A DNA stretch of 64,000 bases from the NCBI GenBank assembly GCA_951406725.2, contig OX597826.1, forward strand, positions 63,922,001 through 63,986,000, read 5' to 3'. The translations under genes were made by a program, and so were the position numbers. Positions 1 to 12,828 of the stretch are shown here, piece after piece. The notes under the pieces were generated by a model that was given only the letters and a program-made list of their open reading frames with translations, searched no databases and had not been told where the DNA came from. Within the stretch, counting starts at the first letter, position 1; each line of letters starts with the position of its first letter. This DNA comes from Octopus vulgaris (taxonomy: Eukaryota).

Positions 1-746
1 AATGTTGAGTTGGAGAAAAAACTGGGACATCCATTAATCAACTTAATGTTGAAGTATGAATATATTTCTTTAAATATTGTGCTTAATTATAACAGAAAGG
101 CAAAGCATTAAGGACAGAAGAAGATTAACTGAGCTTTTGGTTTCACTTCTATCTATCTTCAGAGTTCTAGACTTGAGATGATGCTTATTTTAGTGTATTA
201 AGGAATATATGATTGGTTGCCAAACCCAATTCTTACATACTTATTTTCTAATCATCATCACCACCATCACAAACACATATAAATAAAGCTTAGTAACTGT
301 TATTTAGGTTAGGTCTTCCTTGACTGAAGAGAGACTGATGAGCAAAAACACGCTGCCTTTCCTTCCAACAATATATCATGGGCTACATTAGGTAAGGTGT
401 CCTTTTTATTAAAGATAAAAGAGTATAATTAGGGGGGGGGGGATTTAGCTACTATTTCTAGAATGTTAAATGCCCTTGTTGGTTCTGTAAGTTCAGTAGG
501 TTTTAACAGTCCTGTTTTTTCACATTTCTGATAGAAAACCCATGATGTATTTTAAACCAACACGGATATTTTGCATGTGTGTCACAACAAATATGATCTG
601 TGGGTAAATTACAGGCCCTAAGTTCATTTATCACATTTTACAATCCATAACTAATTTCTTCACCCTTTTGTTTTTTCTAAGGTCCTTTAAAATCAAATTT
701 AAAATGACTGAATATTTCCTTTGGTTCCATCTTTTAAATATTCAAA

Positions 747-974
747 TTAACCCTTTAGCATTCAGATTACTCTGTCAAATGTAATATCTATTTATTCCCA
801 TTGTTTGGAATGAATCATACATTATCTCATAGCCTTGAAATTTTAATCATGTGACTGTTTATTTTTAGAATGACATTGTAAGGTAGGCATGAGAGGCGAG
901 ATCTGGCTGGTTTGAACATTAAACAATTAAAATATTTGGGCCAGATATGGTTAGTTTAACTGCTAAAGAGTTGA
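747..974 (+). mobile_element. piggyBac-type MITE, family A (~225 bp)
   Basis: TTAA-CCCTTTAGCATT...TGCTAAAGAG-TTGA termini; same internal sequence as copies at 19850, 44143, 46272 and 52126. Confidence 0.75.
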
Positions 975-1113
975 ACTATTCAATGTGCAATTGAAACATG
1001 TTCTTAATAACCAAGGTGAATTTTAAATAACAACAACACTGAACATTTGAATTTTTTGGAAATGTTTTAAATAGCATGAACTGAACTTTGCAATAAAAAT
1101 TGAAAACTGAACC

Positions 1114-1119
1114 TTTATT
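1114..1119 (-). terminator. candidate polyadenylation signal (AATAAA) of the HMG-box gene
   Basis: TTTATT on + about 270 nt downstream of the predicted stop at 1388-1390; AT-rich context, so weak evidence. Confidence 0.3.
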
Positions 1120-1387
1120 GAATATAAATGGTTTCTGAAGTCAATCAGAAGAACAGAAATAGACTTTAAAAATGAATTTTCTCATTCAATATCATGAGAG
1201 GTGATATTTGGTGGAGAAAGGTTTATGGAATATTCTAAAAATATATCAACTTTGAGAAAGAAAAGGAATTAACATGAAAATTAATAACAATATTTTTGAA
1301 ATTTGATATTAAAAGAAGGGAAAACTTAAAAGCCAAGCAGGATAACAATAATGAGAATTAAATAATGAAATAATTTACTGTAACAAT

Positions 1388-1463
1388 TTAACAAAATAGT
1401 GGTTCATCTTGAAAAATATCAAGTTGAGATGGATTGTCTTCCATTTTTGATGCTGTCAAAATC
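1388..1463 (-). CDS. HMG-box gene, terminal coding exon 5 (R)ILTASKMEDNPSQLDIFQDEPLFC*
   Basis: Long polypyrimidine tract TTCTTTTCTTTTTTTTTGTTTTCTCTAG acceptor; phase 2 matches exon 4; open to TAA. Confidence 0.65.
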
Positions 1464-1630
1464 CTAGAGAAAACAAAAAAAAAGAAAAGAATAGGAGTAA
1501 TAAATTAGTGTGCATATATTAACGACAGAAGAATTAATGATTAACCTTTTTGTTAACTTCTTTCTGTTGAAATACACTGTCTTTGTTACAGTTAATTTTG
1601 AAAACAATAAAAGAATTAGTGAAGTAACTT

Positions 1631-1985
1631 TCATCATCATCATCATTTAACGTCCACTTTCCATGCTAGCATGGGTTGGACGATTTGACTGAGGTCTGGC
1701 AAACCAGATGGCTGCACCAGACTCCAGTCTGATCAGGCAGAGTTTCTACAGCTGGATGCCCTCCCTAATGCCAACCACACCGAGAGTGTAGTGGGTGCTT
1801 TTACATGCCACTAGCATGAGGGCCAGTCAGGCAGTACTGGCAACAGCCACGCTCAAATGGTGCTTTTTATGTGCCACCTGCACAGGAGCCAGTCCAGCGG
1901 CACTGGCAATGACCTCACTCGAATGTTTTTTCAAGTGCCACCAGCACAAGTGCCAGTAAGGCGACGCAGGTAACAATCACACTCG
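1631..1985 (-). mobile_element. SINE with (ATG)n tail (family S1)
   Basis: (CAT)n followed by TTTAACGTCCACTTTCCATGCTAGCATGGGTTGGACG, shared with copies at 21948, 61563 and 62466. Confidence 0.8.
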
Positions 1986-2289
1986 TTATTAAAGCTGATG
2001 TCAAGAACTTAAATTAATATGAAATTTGGATTGAAAGTTTTATTTAGAATCTTAATTTTAGATCATTTTAAAATGAGAAGCATGTATCATAGAACTAGGC
2101 ACAGTTTCAGGTAGATTAGCATAAAAAGGTTTAAACTTCTTGAAACAGGGCAATTCAAATTTATGTAACAGGTACTCCTGCTTGGATAGATGCAATATGA
2201 ATATTAATATCCCTCCTCAGCATGATTTCGCTTCATTATGAGTTAAAGCTGGAAATCATTTGAGGGGCAAAGCAAGAGTGTTTAGTGTA

Positions 2290-2612
2290 GCAGGTAATAG
2301 TTGGGATACCCTTCGGTCATGACTGACCGTGGGTTTGCGCCTAGAAAGTTACCCTCCCAGGCACAAGTCTGGGCAAGATTGCTTACTTGCACTTTGTCAA
2401 CTGCATACATTTGCAAATGACCAGTGTTATCCAAGGGAAAAGCAAAGGGGCCGATACAGCTTGGCACCTGTGATGTCGCAACTCATTTCTACAGCTGAGT
2501 TAACTGGAGCAAAGTGAAATAAAGTGTCTTGCTCAAGAACACAACACACAGCCCGGTCTGGGATTCGAGCTCACAACCTCACAATCGTAAGCTCGCGCTC
2601 TAATCACTGAGG
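2290..2612 (-). mobile_element. tRNA-derived SINE
   Basis: Minus strand starts with a tRNA-like head (CTCAGTGATTAGAGC...GCTCGAATCCC), then the TGTGTTCTTGAGCAAGACACTTTA central domain. Confidence 0.7.
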
Positions 2613-2690
2613 TAATAATGCATTTATCTTCAATGTACTGACTGATCCAACAGATTGCTTACTTGCACTTTATCAACTGCATACATTTGC

Positions 2691-2695
<5 letters not shown>

Positions 2696-2765
<70 letters not shown>

Positions 2766-2778
2766 TGTGTGTGTGTGT
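2696..2778. repeat. (GA)n(GT)n compound microsatellite
   Basis: Direct reading. Confidence 0.95.
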
Positions 2779-4121
2779 AAATTATGTACTAAATTTGTGG
2801 GAAAAAAATTAAAACAAAATCAGGGCTGGGTAGTCATCAGAGGCAAAGTTAGAAATGCTGAAGCATTTATCTGCAATGAGAGAGTGTACATAGGTATGTG
2901 GAAATGCTTAAGTCTAAAAAACTGATCCAAAAGTGTTAACATTGTTTTGTTTTTAATTCATTTTATAAAATCATGGCTGTTCACTGATAAAGCTAACCTT
3001 TTCAAACTAATTAAACTAATATAATCCACATATTTACAGGCTTTTTTACTAGAATATGGAAAAATATCAAAAAAGCTAATTGTAAATTTACTTTTTGTTT
3101 TAGTACTATTTTTGCCACACATTCAACCCCCGCCCATCCCCCAATAAACTAGAGGAAAGAGAGAAACACCATTAAATATAATATTCTAGGTACTTGGAGA
3201 CTACTTTCTTGTGAGAAATACAGATTGTAACATCAACATGCAAATCTAATTAACAGCAGAAAGGGTTTGAGCAATTTACTTGAAGTAGAATTCCAATTAT
3301 CAATATGCCTGAGGCAGTTCTTCTCTTTCTCGTTGTGCACCGGCAACGAAAATAGACATTCATACCCTGTCATTCATTCTGTCTTTTTATGTTGCATTCT
3401 TCCCAATTACAGAGATGTCTGCTAGAATTGTCCGTTAATTTGGTGGTTGATATCTGTAACATTTGGTTATTACATTAAACTTTGTATGAACCAAAGTATA
3501 ATACTCAAATCTAGATAAGTTACTTGCACTTTGTCAACAGCATACATTTGCAAATTAGAGAGAGAGAGTGTAAATTATGTACTAAATTTGTGGGGAAAAA
3601 AATTAAAACAAAATCAGAGTTAGGTAGTCATCTGAGGTAAAGTTAGAAACGCTGAAGCATTTATCTGCAATGTGAGAGTGTACATAAGTATATCATACAC
3701 ACACGTACCATTCTCATCTGCATCATTTTACATCTGCTTTCCATGCTGGCATGTGTTGGATGGGCTGTCATGATCTGAGTCCTTTCTTACAGGGACCTAC
3801 TACTCTCATAGTTTGATGCTCTTGAACATGGTTTTGGTAGCCTGATGTCCTTCCTATCAGCAACCACTTTACAAAATGTACTCAGGGCATTTTCTCATGG
3901 CACCAACACCAGAGAGGCTTAAAAGTTCTGGGTATGACAAGACTAAAAGGAACTTACAACCCTACACTTTCTGTGCCATCCACTTTACAGAGTTTATTGG
4001 ATATATTTTTGTGGCAGCAGCACTGAGAGGGTTGTCAAGTCCTTGGTGAAACAGAAGTAATGGACACCTTTGCTTGGCCACCTCCAATCAATCTGGAGAA
4101 TGTACATGTACATGTAAAATT

Positions 4122-4124
<3 letters not shown>

Positions 4125-4176
<52 letters not shown>

Positions 4177-4296
4177 CTTCTTTCAGTTTCCATCTGCCAA
4201 ATCCACTTTGGCTGGCCTGAGGCTATAATAGAAGACACTTGCTCAAGGTGCCATGCAATGGGACTGAACCCGGAATTATGTGGTTGAGAAGATTGC
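4125..4296 (-). mobile_element. tRNA-derived SINE (family S2) fragment with (TA)n
   Basis: Reverse complement of the S2 body seen at 43408 (CTTTCAGTTTCCATCTGCCAAATCCACT...AGAAGACACTTGCTCAAGGTGCCA). Confidence 0.75.
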
Positions 4297-4460
4297 TCTG
4301 GGCTCGCATTAGGCAAGAAGTTGAAAGTTTTTTGGTCCATGACACTCCATGGACCCTAAGTAAGGCATGTGTAAAATTTAAATGAAATCGGTTGTGTAGT
4401 TTTCGAGTTTTAGGGATTTACAGACAGACAGACATTCTCATCTTTATAGATATCTATACT
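4297..4460 (-). mobile_element. Helitron-like 5' fragment
   Basis: Minus strand reads TCTATAAAGATGAGAATGTCTGTCTGTCTG...AACCGATTTCATTTAAATTTTACACATG, resembling the 5' ends of the Helitrons in this window. Confidence 0.45.
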
Positions 4461-5020
4461 AATATATATATATACAGCATGTCAAGGCTTGCCTCTCTAT
4501 CCATGCGAAGAATGGATCTAGTGGACTGTGCAGAAGAAACCTTCATGGTTCAATGGAAATGAAGGCAGCTACAGCAATGTAGAATGCAGAGAGCAAGGTG
4601 AGGCAAGTAAGACATCGTGATAATTCACTCATCCATCTCCATCCTCAGTCATCTTCACTTGGTCCTGCCACTGGATTGAAGATGGTCACGGACGAGGGAT
4701 TGAGGTTGATGGTGCACAACTCTTCTTCACTTTAAATTCAGTCACTATGTATGTCATCAGTCATCCTTAAGAATGGCTAGCTGACCCTTGTTGCTCCAAC
4801 AGATGAACATATATAAAATACATTCATACAAATATGCAATCATATGTGCACTGCATTTTTATGTACATATATGTGTGTAAATGTATATAGGGAAGCCTAA
4901 CAGCAACTTCAGGTAAAGCAATGTGGCCTATTAGTGCCTGTGTATGTATATGCATACAACAAGGGTTAACATTATTTACAATGGACAGATACAACAAGGG
5001 TTAACATTATTACAATGGAC

Positions 5021-5064
5021 CACAATGTTTCAGCTGATGTACTCTCCAGCCTTCATCAGGTGTT
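5021..5064 (-). ncRNA. minimal type-I hammerhead ribozyme motif (Penelope-type), probably degenerate
   Basis: AACAC-CTGATGA-AGGCTG(GAGAGTACAT)CAGCT-GAAAC-ATT-GTG: both catalytic core boxes and stem II present. Confidence 0.6.
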
Positions 5065-5270
5065 CTGGTGAAATTTCAAATCCAAACCTTTATTTGATTA
5101 ATGAGGTACTCTGTTCTCATTCCTAAAGTTTTTATTTACTGATGTTATTTTTTGTTGATATCATTTCCCAAGTCCTTGCCTGGGATTGAACTCAGGAAAA
5201 AAAATACCTTAGGAATGAGAACAGAGTACCCCATTAGTCAAATAAAGGGTTGGGTTCAAAATTCCACCAG

Positions 5271-5312
5271 GACACCTGATGACGGCTGGAGAGTACATCA
5301 GCTGAAACATGG
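5271..5312 (+). ncRNA. second hammerhead motif, degenerate
   Basis: GACAC-CTGATGA-CGGCTG(GAGAGTACAT)CAGCT-GAAAC-ATG; stem I/III 3' side eroded. Confidence 0.5.
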
Positions 5313-6089
5313 CAACAACAAACAAGGTAAGGACACCTATCCATCCATTGTAAATAATGTATATAATTTCTCATCGTAAAAATATAGAATAATAAAAACA
5401 AGGTTTAACATTTGAGTTTTCTACTATCTAATTCAATAAGAAACCAATTTGTCTCAAATTATGCCAAATTAACTTTCAGCATTATTTATGTATTCCCTGC
5501 CATCCAACAATATTAATAATGACAAAATCATACATGAACCTTCCCATGTTGAATATAATGACTTAACAGAGATGATTCTCCTCTACCCAAGTCTTTATGC
5601 AAACTTATGTGTTCACTACAAGATACCCAAGTGATTAACAAGTTATACTACAGGCAATTTTAAGCATTTCATTACACTAAATTGCAGTAAAATTATCCAA
5701 GTTCCCATCGGGGTTCGTGTATGTATGGTGTGTAATGTAGATATAATGGAAAACAGATGTTAATATGATTATGAGGGTGACGATAAAGTTTACCAATCCT
5801 ATAAAGGCTTCACAGTTGTAGTAGCTTGACTTTGCTACTCAGAATCAAAAAACTATCATATTTGCCAGATATATGAATGTAAATCCATTTATTCTGGCTA
5901 GTTTCACCTAGGGTGTCTTATGTATCTTAGCCCTCACTGGGATGCTACCATAATGTGTTACTGCTTTTGTTGCTGTGGTTGATATTTAATGAATTAAGGA
6001 GTTTAGTACCAGTGTCCTCATATGTAGATGTTGATGTGAAGTAAGCTCATCTAGGATCTTACATAGTAGAATGTCCAAGTGAGGTTTGA

Positions 6090-6277
6090 ATACCATATTC
6101 ACTAGTGTATAAGACACACTCTGACATAAGATAAAACCCTACTTTTTTTGTGGAAAACAAGTTTATTTTGCAGAAAAAATAAGTTGGATATATTTTATTA
6201 TACACTCATACACTTGTTACCCAAATTGTAATATGGTCATGAGAATAAGCACATCTTACACACTGTCACACATGGTA
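6090..6277. mobile_element. degenerate TA-flanked MITE (Tc1/mariner/pogo-type)
   Basis: TACCATATTCACTAGTGTATAAGAC...CATCTTACACACTGTCACACATGGTA imperfect terminal inverted repeat. Confidence 0.45.
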
Positions 6278-6661
6278 TATCAATATTTTCCATGTACATA
6301 CATATGTATTTTTAGATGGATACCGAAAAGCTATACTCTTCTGAACACAAGCTAGAAGAACCAATAGCATATGTGTATAAAACTATGTTTATGGTTGATA
6401 GATTTTCATCTTGCACGGGAGAAGAATCCTTGCCATTTGGACCACTAAGAATTTGATGGCCCAGACATGTGTATAGCATTAAGACAAAAGATTATTATTC
6501 ATTGACTAAAGGTAATAAAGAAATGAAGATGCTAAATAGGATAATAATTCTTATATATACACACAAATGAGAGTAAGTGAGCTTGTATGCCATACAAGAA
6601 TATTAACAATATACAAAGGAAATGTATAAATTGCGTTTTAAATGAATGCCTATTGTCTTAC

Positions 6662-6747
6662 CTTGATTTATTTGATTTTCTTTTTTCAGGAGTCACTTCA
6701 TCAAACATGCTTTCAAAAGGATAATCTTTAGGTACATTTTCAAACTT
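6662..6747 (-). CDS. HMG-box gene, coding exon 4 KFENVPKDYPFESMFDEVTPEKRKSNKS(R)
   Basis: TAATAG acceptor, AG|GTAAGA donor, 86 nt, phase 0 in and phase 2 out, matching both neighbours. Confidence 0.7.
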
Positions 6748-9612
6748 CTATTAATTAGATACATGAAAAAAGTGTGGAAAGGTATGTGATTGTTAAATCT
6801 ATTGGAAATTTAAAAGTTTATATTAAGTTTGTATTCATAAATATAATCCACTGGACCAATTCTTTTATGTTCTCTTTCCTGTAACTGGAAGGTATACCCT
6901 TACAACTTCTCACTATCTTTTCTTCTTTTCCAATAAAGCCATGTATATCCTGTACAGCAAGACACTTGTTTCTATTCCTCTATCTTATTAACCTCACATA
7001 AAGCCACCTCTCCCAATACTACCGTCTCCACTCAGTTGAGGGATTTTGTCATGTGAATAATATTGTAAACTTACTAGTACAAGTGCCACATAAAAAATAC
7101 CCAGTACACTCTGTGAAGTAGTTGGGGCTAGAAAGCACATCTAACCATAGAAACCCTACCAAAATAAACATTGGAGCTTGACACAGTCCTCTAACTCATC
7201 AGTTTTCATCAAACCATTCAACCCATATAGCTACTTTAATAATGAAGAATGATGACAAAAAGATGTTCTCTCTGGCATGGACTAGGTGGTTTGACAGAAA
7301 CCAGCAAGTTAGTGAATGCTGTCTTGTACTAATGTCTCAATTTTGGCACAGTTTCTATGGTTGGATGCCCTTCATAATGCCAATCACTTTGCAGAGTGTG
7401 TTGGGTAATCTTTTCATAATACCACCACCCTAGTGGAATTGCTTTGTAAGACTGAAGAGCTCTCAAATTAAAGAGAATCAGAAAAGGAATGGTGACTTAG
7501 GCGAAGTATGATAAGAAGAACAGATTTACTGTTGAAAAAGGTTGTCAGTGGAAAAACGAAGTGTTAGGGAAGGGAGTAATTGAAAAGAAAAAGAGCAGTA
7601 TCAAGGGTTAGTGAGAGTAAGTCAGAAAAAAATCAGGACAGTAGGGTGGGCTGTAAAAGGAGATTTAGAGCTAACCCATGATATATATGAATGAGGATAG
7701 ATGGAATAGTGCTAGAAAAAGAAATAAAGATGATCATACTGAGAAGCCAGAGCTTATCCTCAAACTAACATATCCAAGTAGGCAGATAGGAGAGAGCCTA
7801 GTGGCATAAGGATCAGGAAGGGAGAATAAAAGTTGCAAGAATGTGGGAGGAGGAGAGAGAGATGAATAGAAATGGGAGAGGCAATAGTCAGAAATAAGGG
7901 TGAAAGCAGCCAGTCGTGAGTCGGAGTACAATGGTAAGAATGTAGGATGGAGCACATGATATATGATTTTGGATATGCAGTGTTGATTCGAGAAGCAGAT
8001 GAAAGTTAGCTGAAAAAAAACCCCATTAATTATAGACTGGTTGTTTTATACAAGTAAATCTTAAGAGATGGTTTATGCATGAAAGATGCAAAAGATGGGA
8101 TATAAAAGAGATGATGCTAGAATAAACAGGAAATATAAATGGTTTATTACTGACTAGATGATATATAGGATAGATGCAGAGAAAAGAGTTGAAACAGTGA
8201 TGCAGAAATGGTTCTCAGCACCAAGGAATAGAGACACTTCTAGTAACCTATCTTGCCTTTAATTTGAGGTTGATCACTAGAATGCTTGGTACATTCTTCA
8301 TAGAGGAAAAAATTAGTGTTCATGACCAGTTGCCTATATCAGTTACTACTTACTTAATGACAGTGAAGTCTATCTTGTGTGTGTGATCCCCTGATTAATA
8401 GGTGATTAGACTGCCAGTAGATTTCTTGAGTAAATAGTTATGAAGCTAGAAATTGTCAGGCCATTTGCATCATAAAAGTCCAAGAGCTTTTATTCTTCTT
8501 TATTCCTGATACCATATCCATAGTCTCCATGTATATCAGGCCATCAGGGCATTAATCAACAAGTCCATTAAGTCATCAGCCATGATAGCTAAGTCATTAA
8601 CAGTCATTAACAAGGTAGTCTGCAAGAGGATTATTGATTCTATCCTTACTGGAGTGCATATGAAGAGATCACTGTTGCTGTTGTGTGACCTTCAAGTGAA
8701 GCTTAATTATTGTTTCACACACTGATTGCCTCAATTTCTTTATTGATTTCTCTGCAACAATTTACTCATTCCATTCACCCCAGTGCTATTACCTACTATA
8801 ATGAACTTCTATCTGTATTTCTTGCTCACAAGGAGTCTGATTCAAGGCTCCTTTCCACCTTACCTCTTGTACACAGTACACATTTCTCCACCTCCACCCT
8901 TGCAACTCTAAATCTCTCCACATCTACATTTCATCATTCTGGCAGCCTTCAAATTTTAAACTTGAAGAGAAAAGTTTCTGCTGGTAGGTGGGCTATCAGT
9001 TATCTTTATTCTGCATCCAAAAGGAAGACAGTTTTTATGATTACACTGAATGTAATCGTTAGATGATGATTACTGGGTTCTCATACATGGCCAAATGTTT
9101 TTACCTGACCACTGTACAACCATGTGCAGCACAAACATTATATTAGTCCTGTATATGCAATTGACTTCCATTGTACTTTTGATTAAGAATTTGACAGGAT
9201 ATTTTTAAAGAGGTGAGCTAGATACCCTTTCTATCACTAACCACTTTACTACATGAACTTGGTGTATTTTATTGTGTCACCAACACTAGAGTGATTGTCT
9301 CTTAGAGCTGAAGCATTCTCCCACCCATCTACACTGTGTCAGCTTTCATTCAATTTTGTTGCTCCCCTAGATGGGTTGCCTTTGCAATAACTTAGATTCC
9401 ATGTCTCCTTTGTGTGGTTATAACAATGCGCTTTTCATTACATTAGGTTTGTTCAAATTGCCTCATTTCCAAGACAAGTTACTTCCTTTATAGCCATGAA
9501 ACCATTTCTTTCCACATCCTCATAAAAAGATACATAATTGCTACATAATAAGAGAATTATTGACAGAAGTTATTTCTCATACCAATTTATGCAAATATCA
9601 TTAAAAACTTAC

Positions 9613-9753
9613 TGGGTTACATTTGTAAATGGAATGAGATTTAGCATCACCACCAGCTGAAATTTTGTCATTAATATAGAGTATTGCTTTTGAATCCATT
9701 TTCTCATTCTCTTCTACATGTTCTTCATAACTGTCAGAATCTGGGTCAGAGAG
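9613..9753 (-). CDS. HMG-box gene, coding exon 3 LSDPDSDSYEE...YKCNP
   Basis: TTTTACTTTTCAG acceptor, CCA|GTAAGT donor, 141 nt, phase 0-0, inside ORF 9601-9783. Confidence 0.8.
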
Positions 9754-11506
9754 CTGAAAAGTAAAATAGGTAAATATCAACATATTTCCTGACTTTCATG
9801 TCTTCAACCATTTCTTTTTTATATGAAAATGAAATAGAATGGAGATATTACCCAGTAGAAGCCGATATATTGAATTAAAGAAAGACTGAATAATAATTTA
9901 GCAGTTATCTCACTTGTGTTTTCAATAAGATATTATTTTAAAAAAGGTGAAGTTCATAAAAATATGTTCTCACTAGAATTAGCTATTGATTAACAATATA
10001 CCAGTTGGAATTCAGCAGAAGAAACTGTTCAGTTTTAAAAGAAATCCTTGGTGTTATTAAAATAAAATTAAAATTCTCTCTGAAATATGTCAGTCATATT
10101 TATTTCCGGTTAACATTAAATATGTGCAGATAATGACTATTCATTATTTAAATTATAAACATTTATATTTTCCCATACCAACAAATGCATAATATCATAC
10201 ATTTACAAAAATATTGCACTGAAGATATACTTCAATGATGAGGTCAGAATAAGATCAAAATATGTCCATAGTTGTCTAACATACTTTCTATTTGCCACTG
10301 ACTAATTTTTTTTCTTACTTTTTACATTTTTTCTGCATATTTTTTTCTAGTTAGTTTTTTAATATTCTATGTTAACACTAATTTATTATTGTTAATTATA
10401 AAATTTAATTATGAAAGTGTTTAATAGTAACAGTCAAGTAAGTGGATAGTGACTACAATGAAATTTAATCCAGAGTGGAGAAAACAAACACCTCTTTGTC
10501 CTTTCTCTTAGTTTCAGTGCTCACCTCAAACAAGTAAAAGTATAACATTTAGCTTAGCAACTACACTAAAGACGCATACTATGATTGAAATTTCAGCATA
10601 GAATTCAATGGTATCTCTTATGACCAATAAATGTACAAATTGTTGTCAGGAAAAATGAAAAGTTAACTAAACTGGTCTTGATTATAGCTGCTATAAAAAC
10701 AAACCATCATGATTGTATACAGGATTATATAAGACTAACATTTGAAATTCATCCTCTTTTGAAAGAGTCTTGCACATGAATTTCAATTGTTTCCATCTTA
10801 CCAAAAACAGCTTTATATTCATAATAATAATGCAATTATATTTTCAAACAATATTAAACCATTGGAGTTTAGACAACATCTTCAATATATTATAGTTTAT
10901 GATTTCTTAAGTTCAGTCTGCTATCAGTGCAATCACAGTAAATCTCTCTCACTGCTGAATTTTGAATAATACATCAGTTGTTTGTATTTTGGAATCCACT
11001 AATTATATTCTCAAATTTTAGTAAAACTGGAATTGTACAGTAAAATTGTTAGATGTTTTGATAAAGTTACTATGCTAAATTGACATAATAAATTCCTTAA
11101 ATACAGAGCTCTAACAATTACGATAAACTGTTACTGTCTATATTATATTTAATTTTGTCTCCTTCACCCACAGAGAGACCTTATCTACAGTCAATAATAG
11201 TTTACTAGCAAGCTGGCAGAATCATTAGCATGTCAGGCAAAATGCTTAGTGAAATTTCATCTGTCTTTACATTTTGAGTTCAAATTCCACTAAGGCCGAC
11301 TTTGCGTTCATCCTTTCAAACCTCAAGACAATAACCCTCTCAACTAATATAGCATGGAATAGTTTTAATAATAATTTTTTAATGTTTCTAATTTAGGCAT
11401 AAGGCCAGTAGTCTTGATTATATTAACCCCAGTTTATGAGTAATAATATATTTTGTTAGTAAAGCATATTAACAGGTAACTAAATATCACTGTCAACAAT
11501 TCTTAC

Positions 11507-12476
11507 CTCACTAATTCCAGATAATGGTGAAGAACACTCAGTGACCATACTGTCTGGACTATTACTGATCATTGATGTCATCAATGAAGGTGACACCATT
11601 TTCTTCATTTTTGTAACACTCTTCTCGCTTGAATCTGAACATTTTTGGGATTCTTTCTCATCTTGAGAGTTGTTCCAGAAATCCCATTCAATAGAAGATT
11701 CCAAATCATTATCTCCATAGTCATTAGAACTCAAAGATTCATCTGGACTAAATAAACACTTGAATTTTGAAGATGTTACATTGCTGGACCTTTCGCTATT
11801 TTTTATCGGGACATTTGCATTCCATTTCAGAATCTTCTCATTTGAATCTGATTTCTCTGACAATAACAACCTGTGATGATTTATGCCTTTTATTTTTTTA
11901 CTTTTTGTTGCAAGGCTTTTAGGTGTGCTGGAATCATTGTCATCACTTTTGCAGGCTACATTTTCTGTGAACACCGAATTCCCTCTTGATCCTTTTTTCT
12001 TGGGGGCTTGACAAACCTTTTGAATTATTAACTGACTCATACTTCTTTGCAGCTCAGGTGTTAAAGGTTTATTAGTTCTTTCTTCTGCAGATTTAGCCAG
12101 ATTCTCACTTGCTGAGATTTTCAAATCACTTTTAGGACTTGTTTCATCTGACTGTGAAGAGCTCCAATCTTGTGCGTAATTGAAAACTTGGTGTGCTTGC
12201 TTCTGGTTAAAATAACTTTTATCAACAAGTCTTTTGCTTCTTCTTTTGGACTCAAGTACATTAGGAGTAGAAGATCTACAATCTCCATCACCCCCTTGTA
12301 TTTTTCTGCAAGTTTCTTTCTTTTCCTTGATTGAGGTTTCCACAGTTTTTTCATGTGTTTTACTACTCCAGTTTGGCTCATTAACCACATCAGGTTTTAA
12401 TTCACTTGCATTACATAAAGATGGCACAGGAGAAACATTAAACTTTACTTTAGTCTTTTGATCTTTTTCTGAACAT
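11507..12476 (-). CDS. HMG-box gene, large coding exon 2 (Ser/Lys/acidic low-complexity region)
   Basis: TTTTGTTACAG acceptor at 12477, GAG|GTAAGA donor at 11506; 970 nt open; phase 2 joins exon 1 in frame (…GILKKR|CSEKDQ…). Confidence 0.88.
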
Positions 12477-12828
12477 CTGTAACAAAAAAAATAAAAAATA
12501 AAAAACAGAAAATTAATTTCATTTCTTTAATTATTATTATCAAAGTTTCCATATTGAATAACATATTTAGTTATATATTTCAGCAATTTATGCACACATT
12601 CAAGTTTAGAGTGAATATTTCCTAAGTAAAGCAGTTCCAATAAATTTTCGTGTTTCTAAAATCTACAAGCAGAGTCAATATTTTTTTTATTTAAGGTTCA
12701 GCTTAAAAATTAAAATTGTAAAATGTCACTTGAGAGAGATATCATAAACAGCTTCTGAAATCTTTCAGGAACTTTCATCATCAAAATACAATAATTCTTT
12801 ATTTAATTCTAATCACTTTTAACAGATA

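Larger units (their letters stand above)
5021..5390. mobile_element. Penelope-like pLTR palindrome
   Basis: 5021-5130 is an inverted repeat of about 5205-5310; same sequence flanks the GIY-YIG fragment at 29325-30078. Confidence 0.75.

Noticed and set aside
2555-2612. tRNA gene (also S2 heads such as 43408-43480)
   Set aside because: A/B-box-like heads run straight into SINE bodies; no complete cloverleaf
7520-9060. Possible old LINE body (purine-skewed, short ORFs)
   Set aside because: Probably decayed retroelement, but no diagnostic motif could be read, so not called
11480-12427. 315-aa ORF as a stand-alone gene
   Set aside because: Starts at GTG and is bounded by strong splice sites; it is internal exon 11507-12476
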